From an uncultured Planctomycetales bacterium (GTDB taxonomy: Bacteria; Planctomycetota; UBA1135): 64,000 nt of DNA. Shown one piece after another: positions 54,577 to 64,000 of this stretch. The number at the start of each line of letters is the position of its first letter. Position 1 is the stretch's first letter. The notes beneath the pieces were generated by a model. The model was not told the origin of the DNA and ran no database searches. It saw only the letters and a list, made by a program, of their open reading frames with translations. The position numbers were made by a program, and so were the translations under genes. Where the stretch lies: assembly GCA_964637165.1 (NCBI GenBank), contig CAZWVI010000001.1, forward strand, positions 28,488 through 92,487. The letters are read 5' to 3'.

Positions 54577-55047
54577 ATGTACATGTTCTCCGGAGAATCG
54601 ACACACAAGCTTGACGCCAAGGGGCGCTTGTTCGTGCCACGTCGTTTTTTGGAAGAAGTTAGCGTTTTAGCAGAAAAAACTAAGTGGCATGTGGTCAAGG
54701 CACCAGATGGTTGCTTGCAATTATTGACCCCGAATACGCTGCGGGCGATGGTCCAAGGAGTGCGTCAGAAAAACAAGGGCGCGCGCGCCTTCCAACGCGA
54801 GAAGAGGAATTTCATGAGACTCACCGAGGCTCAGCCAATCGATTCGCAGGGGCGAATTCTGCTGTCGGAAAAATTCCGCGAGTATGCCGAGATTAAAAAT
54901 GAGGTTGTCGTGGTCGGGACCTTTGACGAGGTCGAAATCTGGAGCGCCGTTCGCTGGGCCGAGCAGTGTGCTCACGATGAACAAAACGCTGCGGATACTT
55001 CTGACTACTTCATGGGTGATTACCCAGACCCGGAGCAAGCGTCGTGA
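54577..55047 (+). CDS. mraZ: Transcriptional regulator MraZ
   Basis: Shows MFSGESTHKLDAKGRLFVPRRF and the second SpoVT/AbrB-like repeat DSQGRILLSEKFREYA. The alternative ATG at 54583 is equally plausible. Confidence 0.9.
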   Translation: MYMFSGESTHKLDAKGRLFVPRRFLEEVSVLAEKTKWHVVKAPDGCLQLLTPNTLRAMVQGVRQKNKGARAFQREKRNFMRLTEAQPIDSQGRILLSEKFREYAEIKNEVVVVGTFDEVEIWSAVRWAEQCAHDEQNAADTSDYFMGDYPDPEQAS

Positions 55048-55097
55048 TTTTGGTCAGTCGTCATCTCCCTCGCATTAATCACAACTTCAAGCCGAGC

Positions 55098-55985
55098 ATG
55101 CATAAGCCAGTTTTACTTCAGGAAACTATCCAGTTTTTGAACCCAAGCCGTGGCGGTCGTTTCGTCGATTGCACCGTCGGCGGCGGCGGCCACTCAGCCG
55201 CGCTGCTCGAAGCTAACCCAAGTTTGGAATTGTTAGCAATCGATCGTGATAGTGACGCCCTCGAACGGTCCAAAGAACGACTCGCTGAATTCGGTGAGCG
55301 CGTCAGCTTCGCTCACGCACCATTTTCGTCCTATTCATCTCTGCTGCCGAAGGGCTGGCACGGTCATGTCGATGGAGTGTTGGCTGACTTCGGAGTTTCC
55401 TCCGACCAGATTGACGACCCAGACAGGGGGTTCTCTTTCATGCAAGATGGACCGCTGGACATGCGTATGGATGCTACCAAGCAAAAGCGCAGCGCGGCGG
55501 TACTACTTCAGACTGCAAGTGAGGATGAAATTGCCAAGTGGCTTCATGAGTACGGTGAAGAATCGCATTCACGTCGCATCGCCCACGCAATAGTTGAAGA
55601 ACGTCGCAAAAGCAGTTTGTTGAGAACTTCTCAGCTAGCTGATTTGGTGGCGCGAGTGTCTAAGCGGGGTGGCCGGGGAATCCACCCTGCTACTCGTACC
55701 TTTCAAGCAATCCGAATCGCTGTTAATCGCGAGTTAAACGAGATTGAAGTACTGCTCCGTGATGTTCCTCAAAGCCTTGCACCAAACGGTATTTTTGCGG
55801 CGATTAGTTTTCATTCACTGGAAGATCGCCTGGTAAAAAACGCATTCCGCAATGAAGCGCGCTCCGCCAAGTTTGAAATAATTGGCGGTAAAGGAATGGT
55901 GCCTGGAATTAAAGAAGTGCGCTCTAATCCGCGCTCCCGCAGTGCTCGCGTGCGTGCGCTCAAAGCTAGCGAGGTTGTGCGATGA
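55098..55985 (+). CDS. rsmH: 16S rRNA m4C1402 methyltransferase RsmH (MraW)
   Basis: Starts MHKPVLLQETIQFL at ATG 55098. Shows VDCTVGGGGHS, DFGVSSDQIDDPDRGFSF, HPATRTFQAIRIAVN and ISFHSLEDR. Confidence 0.9.
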   Translation: MHKPVLLQETIQFLNPSRGGRFVDCTVGGGGHSAALLEANPSLELLAIDRDSDALERSKERLAEFGERVSFAHAPFSSYSSLLPKGWHGHVDGVLADFGVSSDQIDDPDRGFSFMQDGPLDMRMDATKQKRSAAVLLQTASEDEIAKWLHEYGEESHSRRIAHAIVEERRKSSLLRTSQLADLVARVSKRGGRGIHPATRTFQAIRIAVNRELNEIEVLLRDVPQSLAPNGIFAAISFHSLEDRLVKNAFRNEARSAKFEIIGGKGMVPGIKEVRSNPRSRSARVRALKASEVVR

Positions 55986-56215
55986 CCGGCAAAATGGTTG
56001 GCTTTATAGCGCTTGCAGCAATGGAATTATTAGCTTCCTTGTCGCTTTACAATCAAAGCTTGGGCATTCGTGCACAAATCACTGTGCATCATCGTCGTAG
56101 TGAAGCAATCGAAGCGCGTCTCAGTGAAGTCGCAGCTGCCAGGGCAAGTTTCTTGGCGCCATCTACAGTAAATCAACGTCTCGCAACTAACTGCGAACTC
56201 AATCCTGAACTGTGA
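55982..56215 (+). CDS. ftsL: FtsL-like small bitopic division protein
   Basis: 77 aa with one TM helix (VGFIALAAMELLASLSLY) followed by a coiled coil. It sits in the canonical position between rsmH and ftsI, with overlapping start/stop codons on both sides. Confidence 0.65.
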   Translation: MTGKMVGFIALAAMELLASLSLYNQSLGIRAQITVHHRRSEAIEARLSEVAAARASFLAPSTVNQRLATNCELNPEL

Positions 56216-57975
56216 GCAAGCCCCGAGCGCAAGTGCACCCTAGTTGGTTGCTAATGCCTTTGGCAGTTTTATATTTAGGTGCTCTTGGAAAATTAATTCA
56301 GCTACAAGCTTTTCCTAACACCGAGCGCGTTCACGCCGGCTCAAGCCCGCGTCTCTCAACTAAAAAAGTCCCAGTAATGCGCGGTCGAATAATTGATCGC
56401 AATGGCTTGGTGTTGGCCGATTCAATTTGGCGCTGGAGTTTGGTGGTTGATTTGCGAGCCGATCAACGTCGTTACATCGCCCGCGGCGACGAATTCTCAA
56501 TGGCCGATATTGACGCCGAGATGGCTCCAATTGCCAATTTAGCTAATGTTGAGTTGGCGGTGTTGAAGCAACATTTGCTTGACGCCAGTCGAAATTACTC
56601 CGTAATTGCTGAGGGACTATCGTCATCGATGGTCTCTCGGCTTCGCCCCTTAATCAATTCCGCTTGGGGTTGTGGTTTGCGTTTTGAACGTCATGAAAAA
56701 CGCATTTATCCGCAAGGGAAAACCTTGGCTCATGTTCTCGGCTTTGCGCGCGACTTGAACGGCAGTGGGGTAAAGGGGGAATGCGGACTCGAACGAATGC
56801 TTGAAGAAGAATTGACTGGCGCCGATGGGCAACGAATTACTCAAAGTGTTACCAGCGGTTTCGGGGTCAATCCAGCAGTCGCCCAAAAGTCTGCCCAGCG
56901 CACTGGCGATTTAGCCATTAGCTTAGACGTTCGTATTGGTGAAGTGCTGCGCGAAGAACTAAGTGAACTACAAGCAACCCATAATCCTGACTGGAGTTGT
57001 GGAGTCGTACTGGATGTAAAGACTGCAGAAATTTTAGCAATTAGCGCCCTGCCGGACTTTAATCCTAACTTTCCTGGTGAGGTTCCGATTGCTGATGATG
57101 GAACTTTAGTCGGTCATGGCTTTCCCGGAATGTGGCCATTTGAACCGGGTTCAACCATGAAGCCCTTAGTCGTTTCCAAAGCGCTGGCTGCCGATGCAAT
57201 TAGCCCTAGCCAAACCTTTTCCCAAGAAAATGGTCGTTGGTATGCGCGTGGTGCTAAACAACCGCCGATTAGAAATGCCGATGGAGTGCCGAGTCATGAA
57301 CTCGACTGGCATCAAGTCTTAGTTTATTCATCTAATATTGGCGCCGGAAAAATCGGGCTAGAATTAGGCGCCAAAAAATTGGCAGCGGCTTTGGACGATT
57401 GGGGTCTGCGCGATCCAGCCGGTTTGCCGTGGCGCGACCAAAACGTTTTGTTCCCGCCGTCTGCCGAATGGGAAAAACGTCCCCATTGGACCATTCCGGC
57501 GGTGAGCATGGGTCATCAGATCCAAACAACTGCTACGCGCTTGGCGGCCGCTTATGCCGCCCTTGCCAACGATGGAGTGCTTAATCAACCGAAGTTGTTC
57601 AAGCACCAAGTGCTGCCTCCGCCGCGGCAAGTTTTGCCCCCGGAAGTTGCCCGTTCAGTGCATCGGGCATTACAAGACATGGTCGAGGCCGAGCACCGAA
57701 CTTGGTTGCATTTGAATGATTTGGAGTGGGGCGGGAAAAGTGGGACGGTGCAAAAAACCCACGAAACAGAGCTCGGGAAATATACAGCGGTATTTGTTGG
57801 CTTCGCGCCGATTGATGACCCGCAATTGGTGTGTGTGGTGGTTGCCGACAACCCCAAGGGCAAAGAGCATTATGGCTCCCGAGTCAGCGGTCCAGCAGTG
57901 CGCGATGTCTTACATCGGTGCTTGACGGAATCCTTGGTTTCGGGCTTGCGTGCGGATATCTTGAAGGCAGAGTGA
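56212..57975 (+). CDS. ftsI: Class B penicillin-binding protein / peptidoglycan D,D-transpeptidase (FtsI-like)
   Basis: N-terminal TM helix and a dimerisation domain. Transpeptidase motifs STMKP, SSN and KSGT are present. Confidence 0.9.
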   Translation: MSKPRAQVHPSWLLMPLAVLYLGALGKLIQLQAFPNTERVHAGSSPRLSTKKVPVMRGRIIDRNGLVLADSIWRWSLVVDLRADQRRYIARGDEFSMADIDAEMAPIANLANVELAVLKQHLLDASRNYSVIAEGLSSSMVSRLRPLINSAWGCGLRFERHEKRIYPQGKTLAHVLGFARDLNGSGVKGECGLERMLEEELTGADGQRITQSVTSGFGVNPAVAQKSAQRTGDLAISLDVRIGEVLREELSELQATHNPDWSCGVVLDVKTAEILAISALPDFNPNFPGEVPIADDGTLVGHGFPGMWPFEPGSTMKPLVVSKALAADAISPSQTFSQENGRWYARGAKQPPIRNADGVPSHELDWHQVLVYSSNIGAGKIGLELGAKKLAAALDDWGLRDPAGLPWRDQNVLFPPSAEWEKRPHWTIPAVSMGHQIQTTATRLAAAYAALANDGVLNQPKLFKHQVLPPPRQVLPPEVARSVHRALQDMVEAEHRTWLHLNDLEWGGKSGTVQKTHETELGKYTAVFVGFAPIDDPQLVCVVVADNPKGKEHYGSRVSGPAVRDVLHRCLTESLVSGLRADILKAE

Positions 57976-57977
57976 GC

Positions 57978-59471
57978 ATGCGGCTCTTCGAACTCCACAC
58001 CCTACTTGGCCCCTCAGTCAGTCTACATCACCAAGCCCAATCAACGTTCGCTGGTGACGGTGGCTTGCCCGAGCTTAGGCGCGCCTGTTTCGACTCGCGG
58101 CGTGTCCAATGCGGCGACCTTTTTTGCGCCCTTGACGGTAGCCGTGTGGCCGGTCGCAATTATTTCAAGCAGGCTATCGCGGCTGGTGCGGCGGCCATCT
58201 TGTGCGCGCACAAAATTGACGATTGCCCACTTCCACAATTGCTATGTGATGAAGCCAGCTTGGCAAAATGCGCAGGTCAAGCCGCGGCATTTTTGGCCGG
58301 TCAGCCAAGTGAACATTTGGCAAACTATGCGATAACCGGAACCAACGGAAAGAGCACCATAGTTCATCTTCTCGCGCAAGCCGAATCCTTTCTCGGGCGA
58401 CACTGTGCGCGCGTTGGCACTTTGGGAATGGAATTTAGGGGCGAAGTTAAAGCTATCCCCAACACTACTCCGGCCGCAGATGTTTTACATGATTGGCTAG
58501 GTGAAGTTGTTGGCCAAGGTGCAAATTGTTTAGCCATCGAAGCTTCCTCACATGGTCTTCACCAGCATCGTTTAGCCGGAATTAACTTCTCTGTTATTGG
58601 TTGGACAAATTTAAGTCACGACCATTTGGACTATCATAAGAATATTGAAAGTTATGCCGCTGCCAAAGCGCTTGCTGTGCAACTGGCAAACCCATCGGCA
58701 ATTGCTTTGCTACCTTTTGCCTCGACTGTTATCGAACAGGCATGCCTTGGTGCACCTTGCCAATTACTAACTTGGGCCTTAAATAATGCTAATGCAGACA
58801 TCTACGCCCAGTGCCAATTGCATGCCGATGGGTTAGCTTTAACTTGCCACGGGAAGTTCGGTTCAGCGCAAATTAAAAGTAGTTTGATTGGTGAACACAA
58901 CGGCGAAAACTTATTACTAGCTTGGAGTATGTTATGCGCTCAAGGTGTTGATCCCGAAGCAGCCGCCGAAGCTTTGTCCAACGCCCAAGCCGCACCTGGA
59001 CGACTGCAATTGATTGCCAAGGAATCACCGTGGCATCTTTACGTAGACTATGCTCACACACCTGATGCACTTAAACATGTATTGGGTGCACTGCGAAAAA
59101 CGCACCCAAGTGCCCAGCTTGGAGTGGTGTTTGGCGCCGGCGGCGACCGAGACCGTGAGAAGCGCGCGCCGATGGGCGCTGCTGTTGCGACAGCTGATTG
59201 GTGCGTCGTAACATCCGATAATCCACGTTGCGAAGACCCAAAGCTAATTGTAGAAGAAGTTGCACGTGGTGTTAATTCAGTTGCTGGCGCAGTGCTTCAA
59301 CTTGAAGTTGACCGCCGATTGGCAATTAAGTTGGCCGTTGAAAAACTTAATCCCGGCGATGTACTTTTAGTCGCTGGAAAGGGCCACGAAGATTACCAGG
59401 AAATTAATGGGCAGCGGCATTTCTTTGATGATCGAGTTGAAATTGAGGAGGCGGTTAAATGTTTGAATTAA
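57978..59471 (+). CDS. murE: UDP-N-acetylmuramoyl-L-alanyl-D-glutamate--2,6-diaminopimelate ligase
   Basis: ATG 57978 lies 3 nt after the ftsI stop. Shows ITGTNGKST, and DNPR (TSDNPRCEDP) consistent with meso-DAP specificity, plus AGKGHE. Confidence 0.9.
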   Translation: MRLFELHTLLGPSVSLHHQAQSTFAGDGGLPELRRACFDSRRVQCGDLFCALDGSRVAGRNYFKQAIAAGAAAILCAHKIDDCPLPQLLCDEASLAKCAGQAAAFLAGQPSEHLANYAITGTNGKSTIVHLLAQAESFLGRHCARVGTLGMEFRGEVKAIPNTTPAADVLHDWLGEVVGQGANCLAIEASSHGLHQHRLAGINFSVIGWTNLSHDHLDYHKNIESYAAAKALAVQLANPSAIALLPFASTVIEQACLGAPCQLLTWALNNANADIYAQCQLHADGLALTCHGKFGSAQIKSSLIGEHNGENLLLAWSMLCAQGVDPEAAAEALSNAQAAPGRLQLIAKESPWHLYVDYAHTPDALKHVLGALRKTHPSAQLGVVFGAGGDRDREKRAPMGAAVATADWCVVTSDNPRCEDPKLIVEEVARGVNSVAGAVLQLEVDRRLAIKLAVEKLNPGDVLLVAGKGHEDYQEINGQRHFFDDRVEIEEAVKCLN

Positions 59472-60847
59472 GTTCGTCGCAAATCTCCCAAATAATTAGT
59501 GGTCGCTGCCACGGTCCCGACAATTGCGTCACCGGGATAGCCAAGGCGGATAGTCGGCTTGTGGCGAATGGTGATCTATTCGTAGCATTAGCTGGCGCAC
59601 GCGTTGACGGACATGATTACTTATTGCAAGTTGCCAAGGCGGGGGCGGCCGTTGCTATTGTTGAGCGCATGCCAAGTAGCGAGGTTCTTGCAAGTTGTGC
59701 ATCTATGAGTTTTGTTGAAGTCGGAAATAGTCTTTTAGCTTTACAACTACTCGCTAAAGATTATGCATTTAAACTCGACACAACTATTGTTGGTATCACT
59801 GGCACAGTTGGTAAAACTTCAGCCAAAGATTGTTTGGCCTTCCTGCTCGGCGGAGCAGTCGCCAATGTTCACGCCGCGCCAGCTTCATACAATTCAGAAA
59901 TTGGTTTACCACTTGCTGTTTTGTCGGCACCATCGACTAGTACAACCTTGGTACTTGAATATGGTGTTAATGAGCCAGGCGAAATGGACGTATTGATTGA
60001 TATCGCCGCTCCTAACCATTGCTGGTTGACGGCCTTGTCAGAGGCCCATTTGGCCGGAATGGGTGACTTGCTGACGATAGTAAAGGAAAAGAGCAAGTTA
60101 TGTTGGAGTGCTGATAGAAAAGTATGGAGCACCCGCGAGTTGGCCGGCATCGCCGCTTCACGCGGTGAGATGTGGGGCCTAGGAGCTCAACTAATTAGTC
60201 ACAAAAACGGTGATTACAAAATATTGCGCCACACTCCTGGTGACTATCAAATTGAGTTTGATCAAGTCGGGGTAGTCGAGATTCCATTTGTTGCTTGCCA
60301 TCAGGCCGAAATCGCTGCTGTTGCTGTCGGTATTGCCTTAGAGTTAGGTGTTGATGCAAATAGCTTGGCAGAACGGATAGCCGATATACCCAGTCCGAGT
60401 GGGCGATTAGAACTGCAGTCTATTCAGGGCTTAACAGTGCTCAATGATTCATATAACGCTAATCCAAGTTCGATGCTCGCAGCCTTGCAAAGCTTAAGCG
60501 AAATGTCGTGCCGTGGCCAACGGGTTGCAATCCTTGGAACAATGAATGAAATGGGCGCTCGCTCCGCGGAATTGCACCGCCAACTCGGCGCAAAGATGCA
60601 AGGCTTCGACTTGGATTTGCTGATTGGCATCGGCGAAGGTGGCCAACAAATTGTTGCTGCCGCTAAAGCACGTGGCGGATTAAATGTCGAACATTTTCCA
60701 TCAGCTAAAGAGCTTGATCTGCCCACACTTGAAAAATTACTCGGTGCCGAAGATTTGATTTTAATAAAAGCATCTCGAAGCGAACAACTTGAACAACTTC
60801 TAATAACCATGACAAAACTTTCCGGAATTAATGAGTTTGCCACATGA
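59459..60847 (+). CDS. murF: UDP-N-acetylmuramoyl-tripeptide--D-alanyl-D-alanine ligase
   Basis: Shows GITGTVGKTS, NDSYNANP and IKASRS. GAGGAGG lies upstream of the ATG. Confidence 0.9.
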   Translation: MFELSSSQISQIISGRCHGPDNCVTGIAKADSRLVANGDLFVALAGARVDGHDYLLQVAKAGAAVAIVERMPSSEVLASCASMSFVEVGNSLLALQLLAKDYAFKLDTTIVGITGTVGKTSAKDCLAFLLGGAVANVHAAPASYNSEIGLPLAVLSAPSTSTTLVLEYGVNEPGEMDVLIDIAAPNHCWLTALSEAHLAGMGDLLTIVKEKSKLCWSADRKVWSTRELAGIAASRGEMWGLGAQLISHKNGDYKILRHTPGDYQIEFDQVGVVEIPFVACHQAEIAAVAVGIALELGVDANSLAERIADIPSPSGRLELQSIQGLTVLNDSYNANPSSMLAALQSLSEMSCRGQRVAILGTMNEMGARSAELHRQLGAKMQGFDLDLLIGIGEGGQQIVAAAKARGGLNVEHFPSAKELDLPTLEKLLGAEDLILIKASRSEQLEQLLITMTKLSGINEFAT

Positions 60848-61977
60848 TTACTTGGCTCATTCCTTGGCTAACTTCAATTTGGCAACCATTTCACGCACTT
60901 GAATACATTACTGTGCGCATCGGCTTGGCTGCAGCTTTCGCATTCATTGCCGCTTTAGCTTTAGGTCGCCCTGTCATCAATGCACTTAAACGCGCTGGCA
61001 TTAGTGAAAACGCTGGTTCCAACGATGACCCGACAATTGCCTCGATGCATCTTGCCCGCGGAAAAGGTGATACTCCGACGATGGGCGGAGTATTCTGGGT
61101 GACGGCGATTTTAGTGTCCACATTGTGCTTTGCCGATCCAAGTGAACTACTAGTTCTTTTGGGGTCAATTTTATTGGTCGGCATGGGAACCCTAGGGTTC
61201 TTCGACGATTGGGTGAAGTGGAAACGCGAAGGTAATCGTAATGGACTATCTCGTCGTACCAAAATGTTGGCCACGGTTTTACTGGCTGGCTATGTCGCTG
61301 CCATGTTGTGGTTCATGGGTGAGCGCACCGGTCGCCCTGGCATTGGCCACATTTACTTTCCACTGCTGAAAGATATAGTTGCCAACACCGGTAACGTCGC
61401 ATGGATTGGTCTAAGTGTGTTTGTCGTTTTTGAAGCCTTCGTGATTTTGGCGACTAGTCATGCTGCTAACGTTACTGATGGCCTTGACGGTTTAGCCGCA
61501 GGTTCGGGATTGATTGCCTTCTGTGCTTTAACTATCGCTACCTACGCCGCCGGGCATGCGGAGCTCGCAAATTATCTGCATATCCCATTTGTCCCAGGAG
61601 CCGGCGAAGTTGCGGTAATGGGTGGTGCCATCGTTGGTGCGACCTTGGGGTTCTTGTGGTACAACTCATTTCCAGCCGAAGTATTCATGGGGGATTCCGG
61701 TTCGTTGCCGATGGGGGCGATGGTTGGTTACTTAGCAATCATCTCTAAGCAAGAGTTGGCCCTGCCTTTACTAGCCGGAGTTTATGTTTTTGATGTAAGC
61801 ACCAGTCTGTTGCAGATTTTCTGGTTTAAAAGAACCGGTAAACGCATATTTTTATGCGCGCCTATTCATCATCACTTTGAGAAAAAAGGCATGGCCGAAA
61901 CAAAGATTGTGGCGCGCTTCTGGATTGGTGGTGCGGTGTCGGCCGCGCTTGGATTGTTGTTGATTAAGTTGCGGTGA
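60844..61977 (+). CDS. mraY: Phospho-N-acetylmuramoyl-pentapeptide transferase
   Basis: Shows TPTMGG, NVTDGLDGLA, GDSGSLPMGA and PIHHHFE. Confidence 0.95.
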   Translation: MITWLIPWLTSIWQPFHALEYITVRIGLAAAFAFIAALALGRPVINALKRAGISENAGSNDDPTIASMHLARGKGDTPTMGGVFWVTAILVSTLCFADPSELLVLLGSILLVGMGTLGFFDDWVKWKREGNRNGLSRRTKMLATVLLAGYVAAMLWFMGERTGRPGIGHIYFPLLKDIVANTGNVAWIGLSVFVVFEAFVILATSHAANVTDGLDGLAAGSGLIAFCALTIATYAAGHAELANYLHIPFVPGAGEVAVMGGAIVGATLGFLWYNSFPAEVFMGDSGSLPMGAMVGYLAIISKQELALPLLAGVYVFDVSTSLLQIFWFKRTGKRIFLCAPIHHHFEKKGMAETKIVARFWIGGAVSAALGLLLIKLR

Positions 61978-63125
61978 GCACCAGTAAACCCATTCTTGCC
62001 GCGGCCCCAGAGGCTTTGCGTACCCACCTGCTAGCGATGCTGGCATGTGTCGGTGTGCTGGCCTTCATGGGCTTGGCGGCGGGGGTGTCGGCGGCTCCAC
62101 CTGGCGAAGCTTGGAGCAAAATGGGAATGCATTGCATACATCTTGCGCTAGGCCTAGGGAGTTTTTTGTTGTGCTTCTCAACGCCTCTCGAAAGCTTTAG
62201 ACGCATTGCCCCAGTAATGGTGGTGGTGGTGTTTTTAGTTTTGTTGGCGATGAAGTTGATCCCAGGTTTTGGACATGAAAGTCATGCGGCAACACGTTGG
62301 GTGGCCATCGGCCCGATTCTCCTCCAGCCATCAGTATTTCTCCAATTTTTATGGCCGGCGGTGATTGCATCATGGGCGGCACGTGACCCATTACGTTTAA
62401 CTCAAGCGCGCCAGGTGTGGCGCATTATCATTTGCCTAGGGGTTATTTCAATTCCAATTTTGCTCCAACCTGATTTGGGTTCGGTGGTGATTTTGTGTGG
62501 TGCAACTGGTCTCATATTGCTGTTCGCTGGAACGCCTTTAGTTGTATTGAAACCATTAGTAATGTTTATCTTGGCTGCTTTGGTGGCGATGTTGTTCTTG
62601 TTCGACCATGTCGATTCGCGCATTAGTGATTTTATTTCCGGTGAACCAGGCTTCCAATTACAACGCGCTCAAGAGGCCTTTGCCGCCGGTGGTCTAACTG
62701 GCGTCGGCCCAGGGCAAGGCATTCTAAAAAATGGCTTCCTCCCTGAAGGCGACACCGATTTTATTTTGGCGCTTCTCGCCGAAGAGTGGGGTCTGTTTGG
62801 CACCATGTTGGTGTGGTCACTATTTGTCGCCTTCACTCTCCTAGGTATGCGAGTCGCGCGCCGCGCCAAGGGCCGTTACGGTTCAATTCTTATGGCATCT
62901 GCGGTATTGATGATTTCCATGCAGGCCGCCTTAAATATGGCGGTAGTTACTGGCATTGTGCCACCCAAAGGATTACCCTTGCCCTTCGTGAGTCGCGGCG
63001 GCTCGTCAATCCTCTCACTGTCAGCTCTTTTGGGCTTGGCAGTACGCGCAGTTTTAGAAAAGCGTCGTTCCAAAGTACCCGTTTCAGAATTAATCCAATG
63101 GACAGAATCCAACGCTCCGGGCTAG
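61974..63125 (+). CDS. ftsW: SEDS-family peptidoglycan glycosyltransferase (FtsW-like)
   Basis: Polytopic. Shows LQPSVFLQF, PDLGSVVIL, PEGDTDFILALLAEEWG and GLPLPFVSRGGSS. GTG start overlapping the mraY stop. Confidence 0.85.
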   Translation: MSTSKPILAAAPEALRTHLLAMLACVGVLAFMGLAAGVSAAPPGEAWSKMGMHCIHLALGLGSFLLCFSTPLESFRRIAPVMVVVVFLVLLAMKLIPGFGHESHAATRWVAIGPILLQPSVFLQFLWPAVIASWAARDPLRLTQARQVWRIIICLGVISIPILLQPDLGSVVILCGATGLILLFAGTPLVVLKPLVMFILAALVAMLFLFDHVDSRISDFISGEPGFQLQRAQEAFAAGGLTGVGPGQGILKNGFLPEGDTDFILALLAEEWGLFGTMLVWSLFVAFTLLGMRVARRAKGRYGSILMASAVLMISMQAALNMAVVTGIVPPKGLPLPFVSRGGSSILSLSALLGLAVRAVLEKRRSKVPVSELIQWTESNAPG

Positions 63126-63937
63126 TCGCCCTCTTACTTCTCCTTGCAGTCGGTGCCGCAGGTATTTTTATCGGCCCACGCAAAGTCTCCAATACCTCAA
63201 CCAAACAAGATGAAGTTCAGTTGAACCCTGGCGAACTTCCGATGGTCGAACCGGTGCCACCGGCTAAACGCCAATTGGCATTTTCTGCCGAGCGTTTCTC
63301 GGCCGATCCGGTTGAGCATCCCTTAAAAGGTGGTGGTGGTCGCAGCATTAATAATTCAGCATCGTGGACTCCTGAGGCTGCTCGGTCAGTGGCCGCCGAA
63401 TTGACTCCGCCGGAATTACGTGCGGCCTCGGCTTCGGCTGAAACTAGTTCAGTTGCTACGGCATCTAGCGCCATCAGTATTGACTTCAGTGATGCAGAAA
63501 CAGGAGTTCCAAATCAAGTTGATAAATTAAGTGAGGCGATGGTTGTTCGCACCATTCGTATTCGTGAAGGTGAAACTTTATCGATGATTGCGCAGCGTGA
63601 ACTTGGCTCAACTAAGCACCTTAACTTGTTGGCCAATTTTAATAATATTAAAAACGTTAATGCTGTTCGACTTGGACAGGAGTTAAGAATTCCTGATTTA
63701 ACTAAGTATGGAGTAGCCGCGGAGAAAGCCGGAAAATCAGATGAGCCGCCACAAGTTACTGAATCGCCGAACCAATGGCGAAGTTACACCGTTGTCGCTG
63801 GCGATATCGGTGGCCGCATTTCACAAAAAATGTACGGCACCAGTAAGTTGTGGAAAAAAATAATGCAGGCCAATGACATTTCTGATGCTCGTTCACTGCG
63901 TCCCGGTCAAGTGCTAAGGATTCCACCGGTTGAGTAA
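63098..63937 (+). CDS. Bitopic protein with two C-terminal LysM domains
   Basis: ATG 63098 (MDRIQRSGLVALLLLLAVGAAGIFI) gives an N-terminal TM helix. The two LysM repeats are IRIREGETLSMIAQRE...VRLGQELRIP and YTVVAGDIGGRISQKMYG...LRPGQVLRIP. Confidence 0.8.
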   Translation: MDRIQRSGLVALLLLLAVGAAGIFIGPRKVSNTSTKQDEVQLNPGELPMVEPVPPAKRQLAFSAERFSADPVEHPLKGGGGRSINNSASWTPEAARSVAAELTPPELRAASASAETSSVATASSAISIDFSDAETGVPNQVDKLSEAMVVRTIRIREGETLSMIAQRELGSTKHLNLLANFNNIKNVNAVRLGQELRIPDLTKYGVAAEKAGKSDEPPQVTESPNQWRSYTVVAGDIGGRISQKMYGTSKLWKKIMQANDISDARSLRPGQVLRIPPVE

Positions 63938-64000
63938 GTGAATAATTACCTGCAAGAAAGTAAACGCTTTCTCTTTGTTGGCGGCGGCACTGGTGGTCAT
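63938..64000 (+). CDS. murG: 5' end of murG (UDP-GlcNAc:lipid I GlcNAc transferase), truncated by the window edge
   Basis: The GTG at 63938 follows the LysM gene stop directly. Translation VNNYLQESKRFLFVGGGTGGH matches the MurG N-terminal G-loop (GGGTGGH). Only 21 codons are visible. Confidence 0.6.
   Translation, partial: MNNYLQESKRFLFVGGGTGGH

Noticed and set aside
62786-63097. Long N-terminal extension of the LysM ORF overlapping ftsW. There are analogous extensions at 57831-57977 (murE), 8258-8395 (prepilin peptidase) and 28895-28966 (comEC).
   Set aside because: The extensions overlap well-supported upstream genes and encode Cys/Arg-rich junk. Internal ATGs give canonical N-termini (a TM helix, MRLFELH..., MDWWQS..., MNSRQPK...).
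1-64000. Looked for mobile elements, a genomic island, a prophage or defence-system hallmarks (integrase, transposase, tRNA attachment site, restriction/helicase/nuclease combinations, toxin-antitoxin pairs)
   Set aside because: None recognised. The accessory-looking regions (giant lipoproteins, secretin locus) are flanked by housekeeping genes, with no repeats or recombinases visible and no obvious compositional break by eye.

Overview
This 64-kb window looks like chromosomal DNA from a diderm bacterium, with roughly 50% GC by eye. Coding density is high. I found no rRNA, tRNA, CRISPR array, transposase or integrase. All calls rest on motif recognition in the supplied translations, since no searches could be run. 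A 'small basic protein'-like ORF and a prepilin-type gene hint weakly at the PVC superphylum, but taxonomy is not established.

Content in order:
- 1-8.4 kb and 14.4-17.5 kb: tandem giant predicted lipoproteins. They have SbsA/Big_5-like Ig repeats, poly-glycine beta-helix-like cores and a shared C-terminal domain. A prepilin peptidase and an OmpA-like lipoprotein follow the first block.
- 10-35.6 kb: housekeeping and accessory genes. These are an EF-G paralog with altered GTPase motifs, an orphan pilin-like gene, TatD, an amidohydrolase, an NrnA-like DHH phosphoesterase, proline dehydrogenase, a DASS transporter, a sulfatase-like enzyme plus a polytopic membrane protein, ComM/YifB, ComEC, CoaD, RidA, a split Opp/Dpp peptide ABC system and a HAD hydrolase.
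- 35.6-50.2 kb, all on the minus strand: the most unusual locus. Two full-length paralogous secretins bracket ExbB-ExbD-ExbD and two TPR proteins. Upstream sit GspL/M/C- or PilMNOP-like membrane proteins and a degenerate UDG-like gene. No secretion ATPase, platform protein or pseudopilin is present in the locus.
- 50.2-64 kb: a SPOR-like protein, small basic protein, QueE and Der. Then comes a dcw cluster (mraZ-rsmH-ftsL-ftsI-murE-murF-mraY-ftsW-LysM-murG') with a clear triple GTGG MraZ-box operator and no murD between mraY and ftsW.
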